Assembly: GCA_013265495.1 (NCBI GenBank)
Contig: MU061579.1
Location: forward strand, 1,207,159 to 1,271,158
Direction of reading: 5' to 3'
Length of the DNA stretch: 64,000 nt
Origin: Vicugna vicugna
Taxonomy: Eukaryota
Shown: positions 1 to 14,277 of the stretch, piece after piece
Position numbering within the stretch: position 1 is the stretch's first letter
Layout of the letters: every line of letters starts with the position of its first letter
Program-made: the position numbers and the translations under genes
Notes under the pieces: generated by a model
What the model saw: the letters and a program-made list of their open reading frames with translations, nothing else
Databases searched by the model: none
What the model was told of the DNA's origin: nothing

Positions 1-513
1 AAATAAATTGTGATTTATGGGAGCCCTATGAAGTAGAAAGGCAGATTTTTAAAACTTAAAAACTCAAACTCAGATAATTTAAACAATTTGTGTATGTGAG
101 CATCCATCAAATTTCCAGAAACTGATTTTTGTCAAAATGCATAAGGTTCTTCAATAGATTTTTTTGGTAAGTGTGACATTACTAAGTGTTCAACCAAAAA
201 ATTTTTTTATTTACTGCATGGCATGGAAAGCATGGAAAAATATATGGAAATTGTATTTTAAAAAGAGAATAGCAAGTAATGATATAGCACATAATTATAT
301 TTATGGAATACCAAAAACTGAAAGTTTACCTGTTCCTTCTTTCTCTGCCATCCCCACTTCCTTCATCTCTCCCTGTCTTCTTACTTTTCTTTCTTTCTTA
401 AAATATAAGACAACTTGCATTGTCAAATTTCTTTGTGTCTACTACCCTATTTTCCATAGAGATATTTTTGACTAATCTTCAAAAACAGTAAAGAATGAAA
501 GAGAGAGAGAGTG

Positions 514-1031
514 AAGTCCCCCTCACCCAAAGCTTTGCATTCAGCAGTTTCAGCTATCCCTTGGTCAACCATGATCAGAAAATATTTAATGGAAAATCCT
601 AAGAATAAACATGTTTTAAATTGTTCACCATTCTGGTCAGTGTAAATCTCATGCAAATACAGCCCATCCCATCTGGGATATGAATTATCCCTTTGTCCAG
701 TGTATTTACATCACATCCGCTAGCCAACCATTAGTCACTTAATCGCCATCTTGGTTATCAGACCAACTGTCACAGTATCACAGTGCTTGTGTTGGAGTAA
801 CACTTATTTTACTTAATAATCGCCCTGAAGCACAAGAGTAGTGGTGCTGGCAATTGAGATGTTCTCCTACTGTGCCTCATTTATAAATGAAAATTTGTCA
901 AGGAATTTATGTATAGGAAAAACGTATATATAGAGCTTGGATTGGTACTTTCCAAGGTTTTAGGCATCTACTACGGGTCTTACAGTATATATTCCTCAAA
1001 GATGAGTTGGGGGCAGGGAGGGGGACTAACG
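514..1031 (+). mobile_element. MER44-like (Tigger7-derived, TcMar) non-autonomous DNA transposon
   Basis: Degenerate TIRs (AGTCCCCC...GGGGGACTA). Internal motifs match the recalled MER44 consensus: GGTCAACC..GAAAATATTTAATGGAAAAT, CCCTTTGTCCAG, GGTTATCAGA, CTTATTTTACTTAATAAT..CACAAGAGTAGTG. Confidence 0.85.
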
Positions 1032-1189
1032 TATATTAGTGCACACACACATAGAAACATATAAATGAGTTTGTCAATTCAAGCAACCATACTGAACTAT
1101 CTCATATTCTGTAAATTTCAACTATCTTTCTTGAAATTCATTTAGATGCTTTATGCAGAGATTTATTTAACCCAAAAGGTCATAATTAT

Positions 1190-1440
1190 GAGCCATATTT
1201 CCAATATTTGTTATAACAATGGATGTTTCAACTCTCAATTTTAGCTGGCTACATTATATATTATTGTATAGTTGCACAATAATGTATTTAGCATTCTCTA
1301 ATGTTGCACATTGAGGTGGTTTTCTAATTTTTTAATCAATAATAAGCTACATAAATAAACACAGTAACTATGACAGTGATTATTTTCTTAGAATATATTC
1401 CTGAGAGTAGAATTGTTTAGTGGAAGGCTTTAAAAAATAA
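1190..1440 (-). mobile_element. Ancient L1 (L1ME-like) 3' end fragment
   Basis: Degenerate antisense L1 3' motifs, e.g. GAATATATTCCTGAGAGTAGAATTG and GCACATTGAGGTGGTTTTCTAATTTT. Confidence 0.5.
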
Positions 1441-1460
1441 TTTTCATGCGTGTAGACCCA

Positions 1461-1509
1461 CAGGCATACCTTATTTATTGCACTTCCATTTATTGTGTTT
1501 TTCAAATAA
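1461..1509 (+). mobile_element. Tigger1 terminal fragment
   Basis: CAGGCATACCTTATTTTATTGCACTTCCATTTATTG resembles the recalled Tigger1 terminus CAGGCATACCTCGTTTTATTGCGCTTCGCTTTATTG. Confidence 0.6.
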
Positions 1510-3735
1510 TATCCCTCCATAGCATAGCAATGCACAAAGAAAGGGATCATTCAGTTGCAAAATTTAAGGAAACATTTTTTCTTCATTATCCTACATATTA
1601 AAAAGGGAGTCTTTCATTCAGAGTAGGCAGAAACGAAGCTTACATTCATTCAAGAAAATTAATTGATCACATATCATGTGACAATAACAAGCACTGTTAG
1701 AATAAATCCAAAAAGGGTGCCAAATATTATCCCCTCCCCTATACACCCCCAAATCATGCTGCTCATATGTTCCTTTGTGAAAAAGAGAATCAAACTATAT
1801 AAAAGTGTTTGGAATTCAACTTTCAGCTGTCCACATCTTACTGATATACGTGAATAGTTCCACAAGTGTCTGCTCCTATTATCTCAGATGTTACTTGAAT
1901 GTACTTTCTATACACTCACATCAAATCAAAGTCATCAGTTCCTAGTGAGTAATTCCACCAGTATTTCCTTCATAACGTTTGTGTTCAAGCTTCTATTATC
2001 TAGTTGATACATGCTACTCCTAGGGAATAACGTTTGTTCTTATATTGCAGATCAAGATGTATTATTGCAAACCAATGTGTTTCCAGAGTTTTGAAAGCAA
2101 CACTTAACTACTTTGTGTTGTGCTTTACAATAAAAACACATTGATTTGAACTAGAGGGCAAACTATTCCTGCTACATGATGACTGCCAAGATCCTTGATG
2201 GATGCACCCAGCATTTATCAATACTCACTCTATTATGATTTTTCTTTCTCTATAAAACTTCAAAAATTTCTCCTCATTCAAGTGAATAATAAATAGAACA
2301 CAGTATTATGCAGACCTTGTTCATAGTAGAATATCTTGGAGTCCATTCATATTAGTATTCTATTGCTTCCCAACTTTAAAGTCAGCATTATTCCATAACT
2401 AAATGTAAACATTCCATAATTTCATACCAAATTCCATAATTCCATAAATAAATGTAAATGAAAAATAGTGTCAAATTACTTGTTTGTTTATCTGTTTAAT
2501 TATCTGTCATTGTTTAAATAAATACCTGCCTTCAATTATCTATCATTAAACTGAATTAAAGCTCAGTGTTGTTTTATGGGGTTTTTTGGTAATTAAATTA
2601 TTTCTCTGATGAGTTGTCTATAGTTGGTAGTCTTATATTACAAATTTAATTAAAATGGTTCAGTTCAAAAAATACTTGAGTGCTCATTATGTTTTTACCC
2701 CTATGTTTACTACTGGGAATATAAAAGTAAATACATTTCAGACTCTTCAGTAAGGTATAGATTAGTTCAAGAAGACATATATGCAAGAAAATAATTTTTT
2801 TGAAAGTTCACAATAAAGACAAGTGAATAATGCACAAAATAAACCAGCAGTTGAAAATATTTAATTCGATTTTTGCTGTTTTTCAGCAGAACTCATGCCA
2901 TTTAAAAAGTAATGTAGTTTCCAATTGGAATATTCCAATTGCTTTGGAATTATTTTCCAGTTTGCTTGTAAATCACAACAGGCATATTATTATGGATCAT
3001 GAATTCATATTACATGAAAACATTACAGAAAATATTAATTTATATAATGATGTTGGTAAATGATAATTATCATGAATATTTTAAGTATGTTCAACCAGTG
3101 AAGTTTTAAATCTAAACTTTTCACAATAAAGCTGTGTTTCAGGTGTAGGGACATTCAGTACGGGAAAACAAACAAGTGATTCTATACCTTTTACCTCAGA
3201 TATTAGAACCAATTTGAAACTAAATCAGTTTTGTCATAAAACTGTATGTTTTCTTCTCATGTTTCCAATTTTCTGTAATGTCACTCTGATTTAAAGACAT
3301 CTATCTTGGATCTCAACTACTGAAGATGTTTCATTAATAGATCAATGCTAGAGTATTACTTGATATTTTTTTTTCTATTCAAACATGTAACAGGTCTTCA
3401 TAAAGATAAGCAAATGGAGAGGAATTTGCATGACCTAAGTGGTAAAGGACATCCTTATTTCCTTAAGTGCAAAGATTATCTTGCTGATTTCAAAAAAGTG
3501 TTAATTCAAACCATTTGAGACTTGAACAGTAACATTTTAGTTTCACATCCTGAAATGAGAGTAGTTTATAATAAGCTTAGATATAGTATTTTCAGAAATT
3601 TCCTTTTATAGGTATAATATAAATACATTTGTAAGAATATTCAAAATAAGGTGATACCAGGACATTATTTAATGCAGAGAAAGCACTTCTTTTTAAGCAC
3701 CTAGAGCAAAGTAAGTACTTAATAAATGCCAAGAG

Positions 3736-6264
3736 ATGTATGTCAGATACTGTTTTGCCTATATTTTCTCCAAGGAGGTTTATTCTGTCATGTCTTATGT
3801 TTAAGACTTTGATTCATTTTGAGTTGATTTTTGTATATGGTGTAAAGGAGTGTTCTAGCTTCATTGTTTTACATGCTACTGTCCAGTTTTCCCAACAGCA
3901 CTTGCTGAAGAGACTGTCTTTATTCCATTGTATATTCTTGCCTCCTTTGTTCAAGATTAACTGACCAAAAGTTTGTGGGTTTATTTCTGGACTCTATATT
4001 CTGTTCCATTGGTCTCTATGTCTGTTTTTGTACCAATACCATGCTGTCTTGATGACTGTAGCTCTGTAGTATTGTCTGAAGTCTGGGAGAGTTATTCCTC
4101 CAGCCTCTTTCTTTCTCTTCAGTAATGCTTTGGCAATTCTAGGTCTTTGATGGTTCCATACAAATTTTATAATGATTTGTTCTAGTTCTGTGAAATACGT
4201 CCTGGGTAATTTGATAGGGATTGCATTAAATCTGTAGATTGCCTTGGGCAGTGTGACCATTTTAACAATATTGATTCTTCCAATCCAAGAGCATGGGATA
4301 TCTTTCCATTTTTAAAGTCTTCTTTAATTTCCTTCATCAATGGTTAACAGTTTACTGTGTAAAATTTTTCACCACTTTGGTTGGATTTATTCCTAAGTAT
4401 TTTATTACTTTGGGTGCTATTTTAAAGGGGATTGTTACTTTACTTTCTTTTTCTGTTGATTCATCGTTAGTGTAAAGAAATGCAACTGATTTTTGAATGT
4501 TAATCTTGTAACCTGCTACGTTGCTGAATTCTTCAATCAGCTCTAGTAGTTTTTGTGTGGACCTTTTAGGGTTTTCTATATATAATAACATGTCATCAGC
4601 ATATAGTGACACTTTTACCTTTTTTCCAATTTGGATCCCTTTTATTTCTCTCTCTTGCCTGATTGCTGTGGCTGGGACTTCCAAGACTATGTTGAATAGG
4701 AGTGGTGATACTGGGCAGCCTTACCTTGTCCCAGATTTTAGTGGGAAGCTTTTGAGTTTTTCACCATTGAGTACTTTGCTGGCTGTAGGTTTGTCATATA
4801 TAGCTTTTATTATGTTGAGATATGTTCCCTCTATACCCACTTTGGTGAGAGTTTTTATCATAAATGGGTGTTGAATTTTATCAAATGCTTTTTCTGCATC
4901 GATTGAGATGATCATGTGGTTTTTGTCCTTTCTCTTGTTGATGTGATGTATTACATTGATTGATTTGCGTATGTTGAACCAGCCTTGTGTCCCTGGGATG
5001 AACCCCACTTGGTCATGATGTATAATTTTTTTTACGTGTTGTTGGATTCTATTTGCTAAATTTTGGTGAGGATTTTGGCATCTATGTTCATCAGTGATAT
5101 TGGTCTGTAATTCTCTTTTATTGGTGGTGTCTTTGCTTGGTTTTGGTATCAGGGTGATGGTGGCTTCATAGAATGAATTTGGGAGTAGTCCCTCTTTTTC
5201 AATCTTCTAGAGAGTTTGAGAAGGACTGGTATGAGTTCTTCTTTGTATGTTTGGTAGAATTCCCCAGTGAAGCCATCCAGTCCTGGACTTCTATTTGTAG
5301 GGAGGTTTTTTTATTGCTACTGCAATTTCATTTCTAGTGATTGGTTTGTTCAAATGGTCAGTTTCTTCTTGGTTCAGTCTTGGTGGACTGTATGTTTCCA
5401 GAAACTTGTCCATCTCTTCTAGGTTATTCATTTTGGTTCCATATAGTTCTTCATAACATTCTCGTATGATATTCTGTTTTTCTATGTTATTTGTTGTAAT
5501 TTCTCCATTTTCCTTTCTTATTTTGCTTGTTTGTGCTCTCTCTCTTTTCTTCTTTGTGAGTTTGGCCAGCAGTTTGTTGATTTTATTTCCTTTTTCAAAA
5601 AAAAAACAGCTTTTGGTTTGATTGATTTTTTCTATGTTTTTTTTTAATCTCTATTTTATTTATTTCCTCCCTGATCTTTATAATTTCCTTCCTTCTCCTG
5701 CCTTTTGGGGTTTTTCCTCTTCTTTTTCTAATTCTTTTAGCTGGTGGTTTAGGTTGCTTATTTGTGATTGTTTTTCTTTTTTGAGGAAGGCATGTATCAC
5801 TATAAACTTCCCTCTTAGCACTGCCTTTGCTGTGTCCCATAAATTTTGTATGGTTGTGCTTTCATTTTCATTTATCTCAAGGTATTTTTTAATCTCAGCT
5901 TTGATTTCATCATTGACCCATTGGTTTTTTTTTTTAATAGCATGTTGTTTAATCTCCATGCTTTCCTTTTTTTCTCCTTTGTTTCTCTGTAGTTGATTTC
6001 TAGTTTCATGACATTGTGGTCAGTAAAGATGCTTGAGATAATTTCATTTCAAAATTGTTGAGGTTTCTTTTTTGCTCAAGTACATGATCAAGCCTAGAAA
6101 ATGTTCCATGTGCACTTGAAAAGAATGTATATCCTATTTTTGGGGGAGTGTAATGCTCTGAAGATATCCACTGAATCTAATTTTTCTACAGTATTATTTA
6201 ATTTCTCTGTTGCCCTATTTATTTTCTGTCTTGAAGATCTATCTAGTGATGTTAATGCAGTGTT
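3736..6264 (-). pseudogene. Disrupted L1 ORF2 (end of endonuclease domain through reverse transcriptase), inverted segment
   Basis: ORF track fragments [71 protein letters not shown] (RT catalytic motif), [14 protein letters not shown]. Multiple frameshifts and stops. Confidence 0.95.
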
Positions 6265-6970
6265 CTGCACAGCAAAGGAAACCATAAGTAAAACAAAAAG
6301 ACAACCTACAGAATGGGAGAACATTTTTGCAAATGAAACTGTCAAAGGCTTGTTCTCCAGAATATATAAGCAGCTCATATGAATTAATAAGAAAAAAAAA
6401 AAAAACCTCAAACCAAAAGTGGGCAGAAGACCTCAACAAGCAATTCTCCAGGGAAGAACTACAAATGATTAATACGCACATGAAAAAATGCTCAGTCACT
6501 AATTGTCAGAGTAATGCAAATCAAACCTACAATGAGGTATCACCTCACACCAGTCTGAATGGCCATTATTCAAAAATCCACAAATGGCAAATGCTGGAGA
6601 AGCTGTGGAGAAAAGGGAACTCTCCTACACTGCTGGTGGGAATGCAGTTTGGTGCAGCCACTGTGGAAAACAGTACGGAGATTCCTCAAAAGACTAGGAA
6701 TAGACTTGCCATATGACCCAGGAATCCTGCTCATGGGCATATATCCAGAAGGAATCCTCTTCAAAATGACATCTGCACCCTAATGTTCATAGCAGTACTA
6801 TTTTCAATAGCCAACACATGGAAAAAGCCTAAATGTTCATCAGCAGATGACTGGATAAAGATGTTGTGGTATATTTATACAATGGAATACTATTCAGCCA
6901 TGAAAAACAGACCACATAATGCCATTTGCAGAAACATGTATGTTCCTGGAGAATTCTATGTGAAGTAAGC
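6263..6970 (+). pseudogene. Disrupted L1 ORF2 C-terminal (Cys-rich) region
   Basis: [75 protein letters not shown], in shifting frames. Confidence 0.93.
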
Positions 6971-7233
6971 CAGAAAGAGAAAGAAAAATACCATATGAGA
7001 TCACTCATATGTGGAATTTAAAAACAAAACAAAACAAAACAAAACATAAATATAAATCAGAATCAGACTCATGGACATAGACTACAAACCTGTGGTTACC
7101 AAGGGGGCGGCGGTGGGAAGAGACAGAATGGGATTTCAAAATGTAGAATAGATAAATAAGATTATACTGTATAGCACAGGGAAATATATACAAGATCTTA
7201 TGGTAGCTCACAGAGAAAAAAATGTGACAATGA

Positions 7234-7278
7234 ATATATANNNNNNNNNNNNNNNNNNNNNNNNNNNNNNNNNNNNNN

Positions 7279-7306
<28 letters not shown>
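7234..7306. repeat. (TA)n microsatellite in L1 3' UTR containing a 38-N assembly gap (7241-7278)
   Basis: Seen directly in the sequence. Confidence 0.95.
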
Positions 7307-7309
<3 letters not shown>

Positions 7310-7559
7310 CATGTATAACTGAAAAATTGTGCTCTACACTGGAATTTGACACAACATTGTAAAATGATTATAACTCAATTAAAAAAAACCTTAAAAATAA
7401 TAAAATAAATTAGTGCCAAGAGTATTATTATTTTATATTAATAAAATAAAAACACATGACTATAGTTCATTTTGTCAAAATTTTGCAGTCTTATTCTAAG
7501 GGTATAAAAACAGAAATAACCACAGTGATTCCTGATTTTTATATATAGTCATTTACACA

Positions 7560-7804
7560 AAGTGATGTGCTGATAGTGTGTACTGGTATTACTGTGCCCA
7601 TTAGTAAAATATTAAAATACTTGCATAGACATTTATAACTATCTACTGCTGTGAGCCCCAGTTGCCCCAGCTTTGACCCCTCCCTGGAGCTTTTCTTTTT
7701 TTATGAAGAAAAGTTCCTAAACTCCATTACCAAACCCAGTCCTTTCTGATTTTTGGATGCCCATTTTATGCCAGAAGTTGTTAAATATTTTGGATTTTAC
7801 TCCC
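7560..7804. mobile_element. Possible ancient hAT (MER63-like) DNA transposon remnant
   Basis: Ends AGTGATGTGCTG... and GTTGTTAAATATTTTGGATTTTACTCCC loosely resemble recalled MER63 termini. Confidence 0.3.
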
Positions 7805-7824
7805 GAAGTTATAGTATACTACTA

Positions 7825-7990
7825 TGATGAAGTGGAAAGTATATTAGAGCACCTGTCTTTGACCTTTATTCTAATTTTAAAGGGGGCAGAATTAGAGCCT
7901 TGGTTTCCTCATCTATGATAATGGCCATAACTGCATAGATCATTCAAATTTTAAAGATAAAATAAAAATTTTGTTTAAAATTATCTAGAA
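7825..7990 (+). mobile_element. MIR SINE fragment
   Basis: Core motif GAGCCTTGGTTTCCTCATCTATGATAATGG. Confidence 0.6.
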
Positions 7991-8149
7991 AATTGATCCT
8001 AAATAAAATTGGATTCTATCAGAAAGTTTTAATTTTTTTCTTACATACTTTTTATATTACTCAACTTATACAAAATGCTTTCCAGACTCCCAGAAGAGTC
8101 GTTAAAACAATTCTAAATAATATATTTATTCCTAAATATCCAGTTTCTT

Positions 8150-8310
8150 GTGTCCAAGCATTGACCTAGTAAAGAGATGCATGATGTAACAAAACAAAAC
8201 AATAACCAAAAAAGGGTTCCCCTATTATGAACCTTATAGATTAATGGGAAAACAGATTTAAAAAGTAAATAAATTACTAAGAAAACGTTTTCAGTGAAAA
8301 GAGCTACAAT
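8150..8310 (-). mobile_element. L2 3' fragment
   Basis: CCAAGCATTG..CCCTATTATGAACCTTATAGATTAATGGGAAAACAGA resembles the antisense L2 3' end. Confidence 0.45.
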
Positions 8311-11300
8311 GATAAAACTGACACTTGTGCATCATACTAGTGCATTGTTTTTTTATTCTCACAGTGTATTTTTATCATGATATTAGTCATAACTCTTTTC
8401 TGTGCCTAAATTTGAATTATTTCAAGCTAATGAAATGTGATATTAGAATATGAAGTATTTAATAAATTGCTGATTCATTAACAAGGAAAAAGGAGAAAAG
8501 TAGTAAAGTTTGAATTGGTCAGGAGATAAGTCCAGGAGGAGGTATAGCTTCAGGGATATTCAAAGAATTGGCTCTTGTAACTGCAGAAAGAGGAGTCTAG
8601 AAGATGGATAGCATAATGAAACACACCCAGTTGTCCAAATCCTGTTCAGGAAAGTTCTTTTCCATACAACACAGAGACCAAATCATTTTGGGGGTGAATT
8701 TACGTCTTGGGCTAATTACAGAATAATTTTTAAAAGTTTGCTTTATATGACAGTGGATCCCAAGAGGTGGAGCTTAAGTCTGTTGACCTCTGTCTATGCT
8801 AGTGAATGTCACCAAGATCGACTTTGCCATACTCAACTGCCCTTTGACCTGGTTGCCTGACCTGATCGTTTCTGATCATACTTTAAGCATGTCCTAACTT
8901 GGTTTTTGCCTTGATCACACCACATTATGATGGCCAGGTAGGTGGGCTTCCTCCTCTATCAGAATTTAACAATTCAGAATAAAGACAGGTCTGTCCTGAA
9001 ACTAAGGGCCCAATTCAAGGAACGCTTTTGCTCCTTTCAGATTTGCAAATGATACTGGCTCACAGAAAAGGAAACCTAATTTGTTCAGATCTTCTAAAGC
9101 GTTCTGTATAAATTTCATGAGGGTCCATGTCACTTTTTAGTCACTGAATTAGAAAGTATCAAGCATCCATGGAGATTGTGGGGACCCATGAGAAACAGAT
9201 GTGCAGTTTTATTGTTTTTGTTTGTTTGTTTGTTACATAGAGGATGGCATTGTGATTTATGGCTTTTTTTTTAAATTCAGTATCATCATCACAGAATCTT
9301 AGAAAAAAATCCTTCTGTTTTGTATAAGTATATGTGGATAGACATAAACAAAGGCATATTTATATGTACGTGATATTAATACAATGTAAGATTTTTGTCT
9401 ATATATTTGAGTGTGTATCTGTCTATATATACATATATACATGTGTATATTTTTGTATATATATGCATATATATTCTATTTTCATATATACCATTTTAGT
9501 ATATATGTATATGTATCTGTCTCCTTTAATATTTTTTATTTTTTATAGTACTTATAAGCCTGGAAACATTCTATAAACTATGACAAGTATTTACTGAGTC
9601 TTATGTAGATGCAAACAAATATACAAGAATTACAATATATATGTAATATCCCAAGATATTTCTCAGTTGTATTGACAAACACCATATTTTTTCACTTTGA
9701 AGATCTAAATCTAAGTTTGATTTTAATCTACTGTGAGAGAAATATTGAAGAAAATCATAAATAGATTTACCAAAAAGACTTAAAAACTGACTATATCTGG
9801 AGCAATAATAACAATATCTAAAAACTATCAGGAGGATGAATTTCAAAAGGAATGCTCTTGAAATGAGTAAAAGCTCAAGTTGTAAAATCCTGCTACCTCA
9901 ATATAAAGTTAATGGCATCTAGTTTTTAAAAATCACCACTTATTTTGATGAAAAATACATGGTTCTTCAGAATTCAGTATTTCCAAAATTCTTAAGTCAA
10001 TCAAAAGAACAGTTAAGACACACTCAACTTAAAGACTGAAAGGACACCGGGGAAAATAGAACATGTTTTACAGTAGGAATTTACACTGAATAATAGTTCT
10101 TCCAATTAAAACATTCTGTCACTCTTTGGGTAAAGTTGTCAGATCATTTAGAAGTAGATTTTTCTTTTTTAAATCACAATATAAAATCTGCTTAAAATTG
10201 ACATTTCATAAATAATTTACATTCATATTTAAATTATTCTGTATTCATTATGAAAAATATATTGTAACAAACATTATTTACATTTAATTTTCTTGAAGAC
10301 ATGTAACTTTGAATTAAAATTATTAGAATATAGTCAATATTATGTATTTTCTATGAATAAATATCATTATATAAAAAGTAGGAATTTTAAAACTGAATAT
10401 TGTCAGTGAATTTCCCTACACTGTGTCCAAATTAAAGTATGTGAATTTGAGGGGTGGAGTCAGGTCCAGAGCTTTCTTTTCTGCAATTCATTTTTGGCTC
10501 TGTGACACTAAAATGGGTTAGTAAATATTGATCTAGGCTTTTGTCCAAAGTTACCATTACCAAAATGTGTCCCACGGACCGCTAGTCTGTGGATATGTTC
10601 CCATTCTTTTCTCTTGTAAAAAAAGACTCCTGTCAAATAAATTTGAAATATTATCCACACTATACTTTCATCTTGAAGATTTACTTTGCAGCAATTTGCA
10701 AATTTGTTTTTCATCGTTTTTCTTTTTTTTTTTTTCCTTGAGTCTCTCTGGAGACCAGCGTTTCAAATTACAAACCTTGCTACACACTTCAGTAGGAAAA
10801 TTAAAGGAGTGATTCTGAAAATGCACTTTGAGGTCAGATCTAGAATGATAAAAGGTTCAATTTAATTATGGGGCAATAAGGTACCATTTAAAGAGAGAGG
10901 AGTGATGGAAGCGATGTTTTAAGAAGAATCCAGCATCAGTTTGCAGAGATAACTGCTGAGGAAGACCTTCGTTCTAGGGAAAGCCCAGGAGGCTACTGTA
11001 ACAATTTCTTTACTAATTTGCTCACATCTAGACTTAACATAGTATCTCCACACTGGTGAGGTTTTAAGTGGATCAGTCCATCATAAGGTATTGCATTCTA
11101 TTCTTTCCCAGTTCTCTTACTCCCTCATCTTCCTGAGTTTCATAACCACACTCACACACACTGTTGTACTGCTCTGCCTGCTTTTGTTGCAATTTATCCC
11201 ATGCTGTGAATAAAATGCCTATATCTCAATTTCATTTCTGGCCCCAGTTTCCCGATTTCAAGATCATTTTCTCTTCGTATTGACTTTTAGAGTCGACAGA

Positions 11301-14064
11301 AGAATTTATTAGGATCAGTTTTATCCATTGCTTTGAGAATTCGGTAACTTCAATAAGGTCATGGAAGGTTAATGCTTCTTTATTAAAATGAGTAAGCCCA
11401 ATTTCCTCAAACTTTTCTCTCAAATAACATCATTGATTCTGATACACTGTGTGCTCTGTTCTCTCAAGGGTAATTATGCCACTGAGGGGCTATATGCCGA
11501 CCAGTATTTTACAACATGTTCCAGCCATGTCCAGAATCACGCAAAGACTGCTCTGGTTTAAACTGAATTGCTCTAGTAGAATATCTGCTATCATTTTATC
11601 CATATATTAGGCTTTGGGCTCATGGGTGTTATGGTAACCATAAAATAATTTTCTTTTGTCAAGGTTATTAGCTTAAGGCCCATTTAGCTGAAATTAACAG
11701 ATATATTTCTCTAGTCTTTCTGGATCATAACTGTCTTTTCCCTGAATAGTGTACTAATTTACATCTTATCTGACAAAAATTTTTCACATGCTCGTGGCAT
11801 TCTCATTATTCAAGATAAATTGCAATTGTGCCATTTTTAAAGTCACACACTTTATATCAGTTCATGGTAGGATATTTTAATTTTAAGTAATAGTTTAAAT
11901 GTAAAACATGAAATAGAATTAGAAATCATTATTAATTCTATGAAAATATCTCTAATGTAAAATAGCATTAATTATTTTAGGTAAACTCCCTTAGACATTA
12001 TCTGAGCTCAGTTGTTTTACAAATTAAGGGAGGGAGAACTAGTAATAATATAGCACAAGGTAGAGAACCACTTACTATGCCATATGGCTCTCCTGTTTCT
12101 CCCCATGTACACTCAACTTTCAGTAACCAAGAAAGCACATAGATTGATGGTTAAAAGATACAATGGTGAGAAGAGGTGTTTTAAAAAGATGTTCTAAAGT
12201 TTTACTTTAACTGATTCAATCTTTATTGAGGTCCAACTACATTCTGCTAGAGCCTTAATTTAAATATACTTGGGGAAAGGTCTTGATGTGGCCAGAATGA
12301 TTTAGTTACAGAAATCATGTTAGATTATGAGTCTCCAGTTTGTGGGTAAAAAGTAATAGTGAGTCAGGTTTTTTTTTCTCAGATTTGATAATATTTCTTA
12401 GCAAATATATTAGTAAAAATGTTGCTCAAGTTCAGATTTCAGAAAACTTTTAACTTTTCTTAATCAAATTCAGCTATGTTTCAAAACAAGCTTTAAGAAA
12501 TCTTTAACGTCTCAGGCCAGTTGTAGAAATAAGTAGTTCAATTATCTTAGTGGACTAAGCACCTATTTTATATGTGTGAAACTACTGGCCTTCAAATATG
12601 CTTATGCAATTAGAGTGACATGGATAAAATAACAGAGGCAAAGTAATACGCTTAGCTTGCTATTTTAGTTAAACTGATTTTTTCTTACTTTATATCCCTT
12701 ACTTCTAGAGTCCAAAGAGAATAAGATAAACAGTAAAAACATGCCTATGTGTTTATTATTTTAAGACCAAGCTATCCTTGGATTTTATTTTAATTCATCG
12801 AGTTAAATAACTTACCCAATAGAAGAGTAAATAAATAATAAATAAACAAATGTTTGTTGCATTTTAACATCTTAGATTTCAAAACTCTAAAAGAAATTCG
12901 AGGAAGATAGAAGAAGAATAGGGAGAAATTAATGAGGAATTGGAGAACACTGGGTTAAGTAGAGACTTGAAACTGAAAATAAATGAATTATGGCTAGACA
13001 CCATGAGAGTGACATAGCTGACACCAAAGGGCAGATTTTAGAGCCATTACAAACAAACCTGTCCAACTTACTTGCTGTAATTACATATTCTTTACTGGAG
13101 GTAAAATCTCTCATTCTCTAATTTAATATAAATCTGAAATCGAGATCTACAGTATTTTGATAAAAATATAAACCCAATGTGAATTATTACTGTCAGTTAT
13201 TTATTGAAAGATGAATTTTGAAAGATTATTTTAAATAGGACAACTGAAGAAAAGGGCCCATAAAAATATTATCCCATAAAATGTTCAGAGACAAGGTGTA
13301 GAAAGGGTGAAATTAACTTTGTTTTGTCACAGTTTTTGCTACGACCAGCCCTGAAACATGATACTGTATTTAGTACCCTCTGTGTCCCTATGAGTTTTTT
13401 TTCCTTTTGATTTTAGAATTTGTGTTAAAATATCTGTATGCCCTTCTTCCTACATATCTCCTTCCACTGTAGAACAAAAAACTTAATATAAGATCTGGGT
13501 ATACCAAGAAATCAAAAAACACTTACAGTGCATTCAAATACATACATAATTTAACTATAAATGTGTTTTCCATTTCCAGTTAAGAGTATACATTCTCTGA
13601 GATTCAGTGGGACAAAATGAGGGTTTCTATTTGGTCCATTTAGAACTTTTTCAGCTTAATATGATCTACCCAGCTGTGCCATGGACCACAATTCATATTT
13701 TGCTGCTCATCACCTAAATTCCTGGAGAGTCTCCTCAAAATGAAAACGTCCTATCATCTACTCATGAGTGGCCTCTACGTCATAGGATTTCCATGAGGAT
13801 TAAAAAAGACACAGTGTAGATCCCTAATCTACACTGAGCAGAGGATCAGTGACTATTACCTCTAATCTTTTATTTTCCTCCCTAGGTCTGCTTGTGTGTG
13901 TGAGAATAATTCTTCCTAATTAATATTGTGACAATCTCCACACATCATTCAGTAAATTACCTTTTATCAAATAGGTTAATTTTGCCCCAAGTTTTTATCT
14001 TCCCCCAGCAGACATTTCCTCAAATCTGAGATCCTTATAAAGTGACTCCATTAGGACAGAACTA

Positions 14065-14277
14065 AACTACATTGCATATTTGAAAGTAGTGAAGAGAGTG
14101 GATCTTGAAAGTTGTCATCAGGAGAAAAACAAAATTTTTACAGCTATGTGTGGTGATGACATTAACTGGACTTATGGTGATCATTTCTCAATACATACAA
14201 ATATTGACTTCTTACATTGTACATTTAAAACTCATATAATGTCATTTTCATTATACTTCAATTAAAAGAAAAAAGAA
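14065..14277 (+). mobile_element. L1MA-type 3' UTR end with A-rich tail
   Basis: TTGAAAGTAGTGAAGAGAGTGGATCTTGAAAGTTGTCATCA..TGGTGATCATTTC..ATTATACTTCAATTAAAAGAAAAAAG. Confidence 0.8.

Larger units (their letters stand above)
3736..7407 (+). mobile_element. Lineage-specific L1, 5'-truncated with 5' inversion (twin priming)
   Basis: ORF2 lies on the minus strand at 3736-6264. The ORF2 C-terminus, 3' UTR and A-rich tail lie on the plus strand at 6263-7407. TSD AATAAATGCCAAGAG (3721-3735) / AATTAGTGCCAAGAG (7408-7422). Confidence 0.95.

Noticed and set aside
6094..6411. Chimeric ORFs joining EN and C-terminal ORF2 peptides
   Set aside because: Accidental read-through across the L1 inversion junction.
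7241..7278. N run as a structural signal
   Set aside because: Assembly gap inside a (TA)n microsatellite. The L1 3' UTR is collinear across it.
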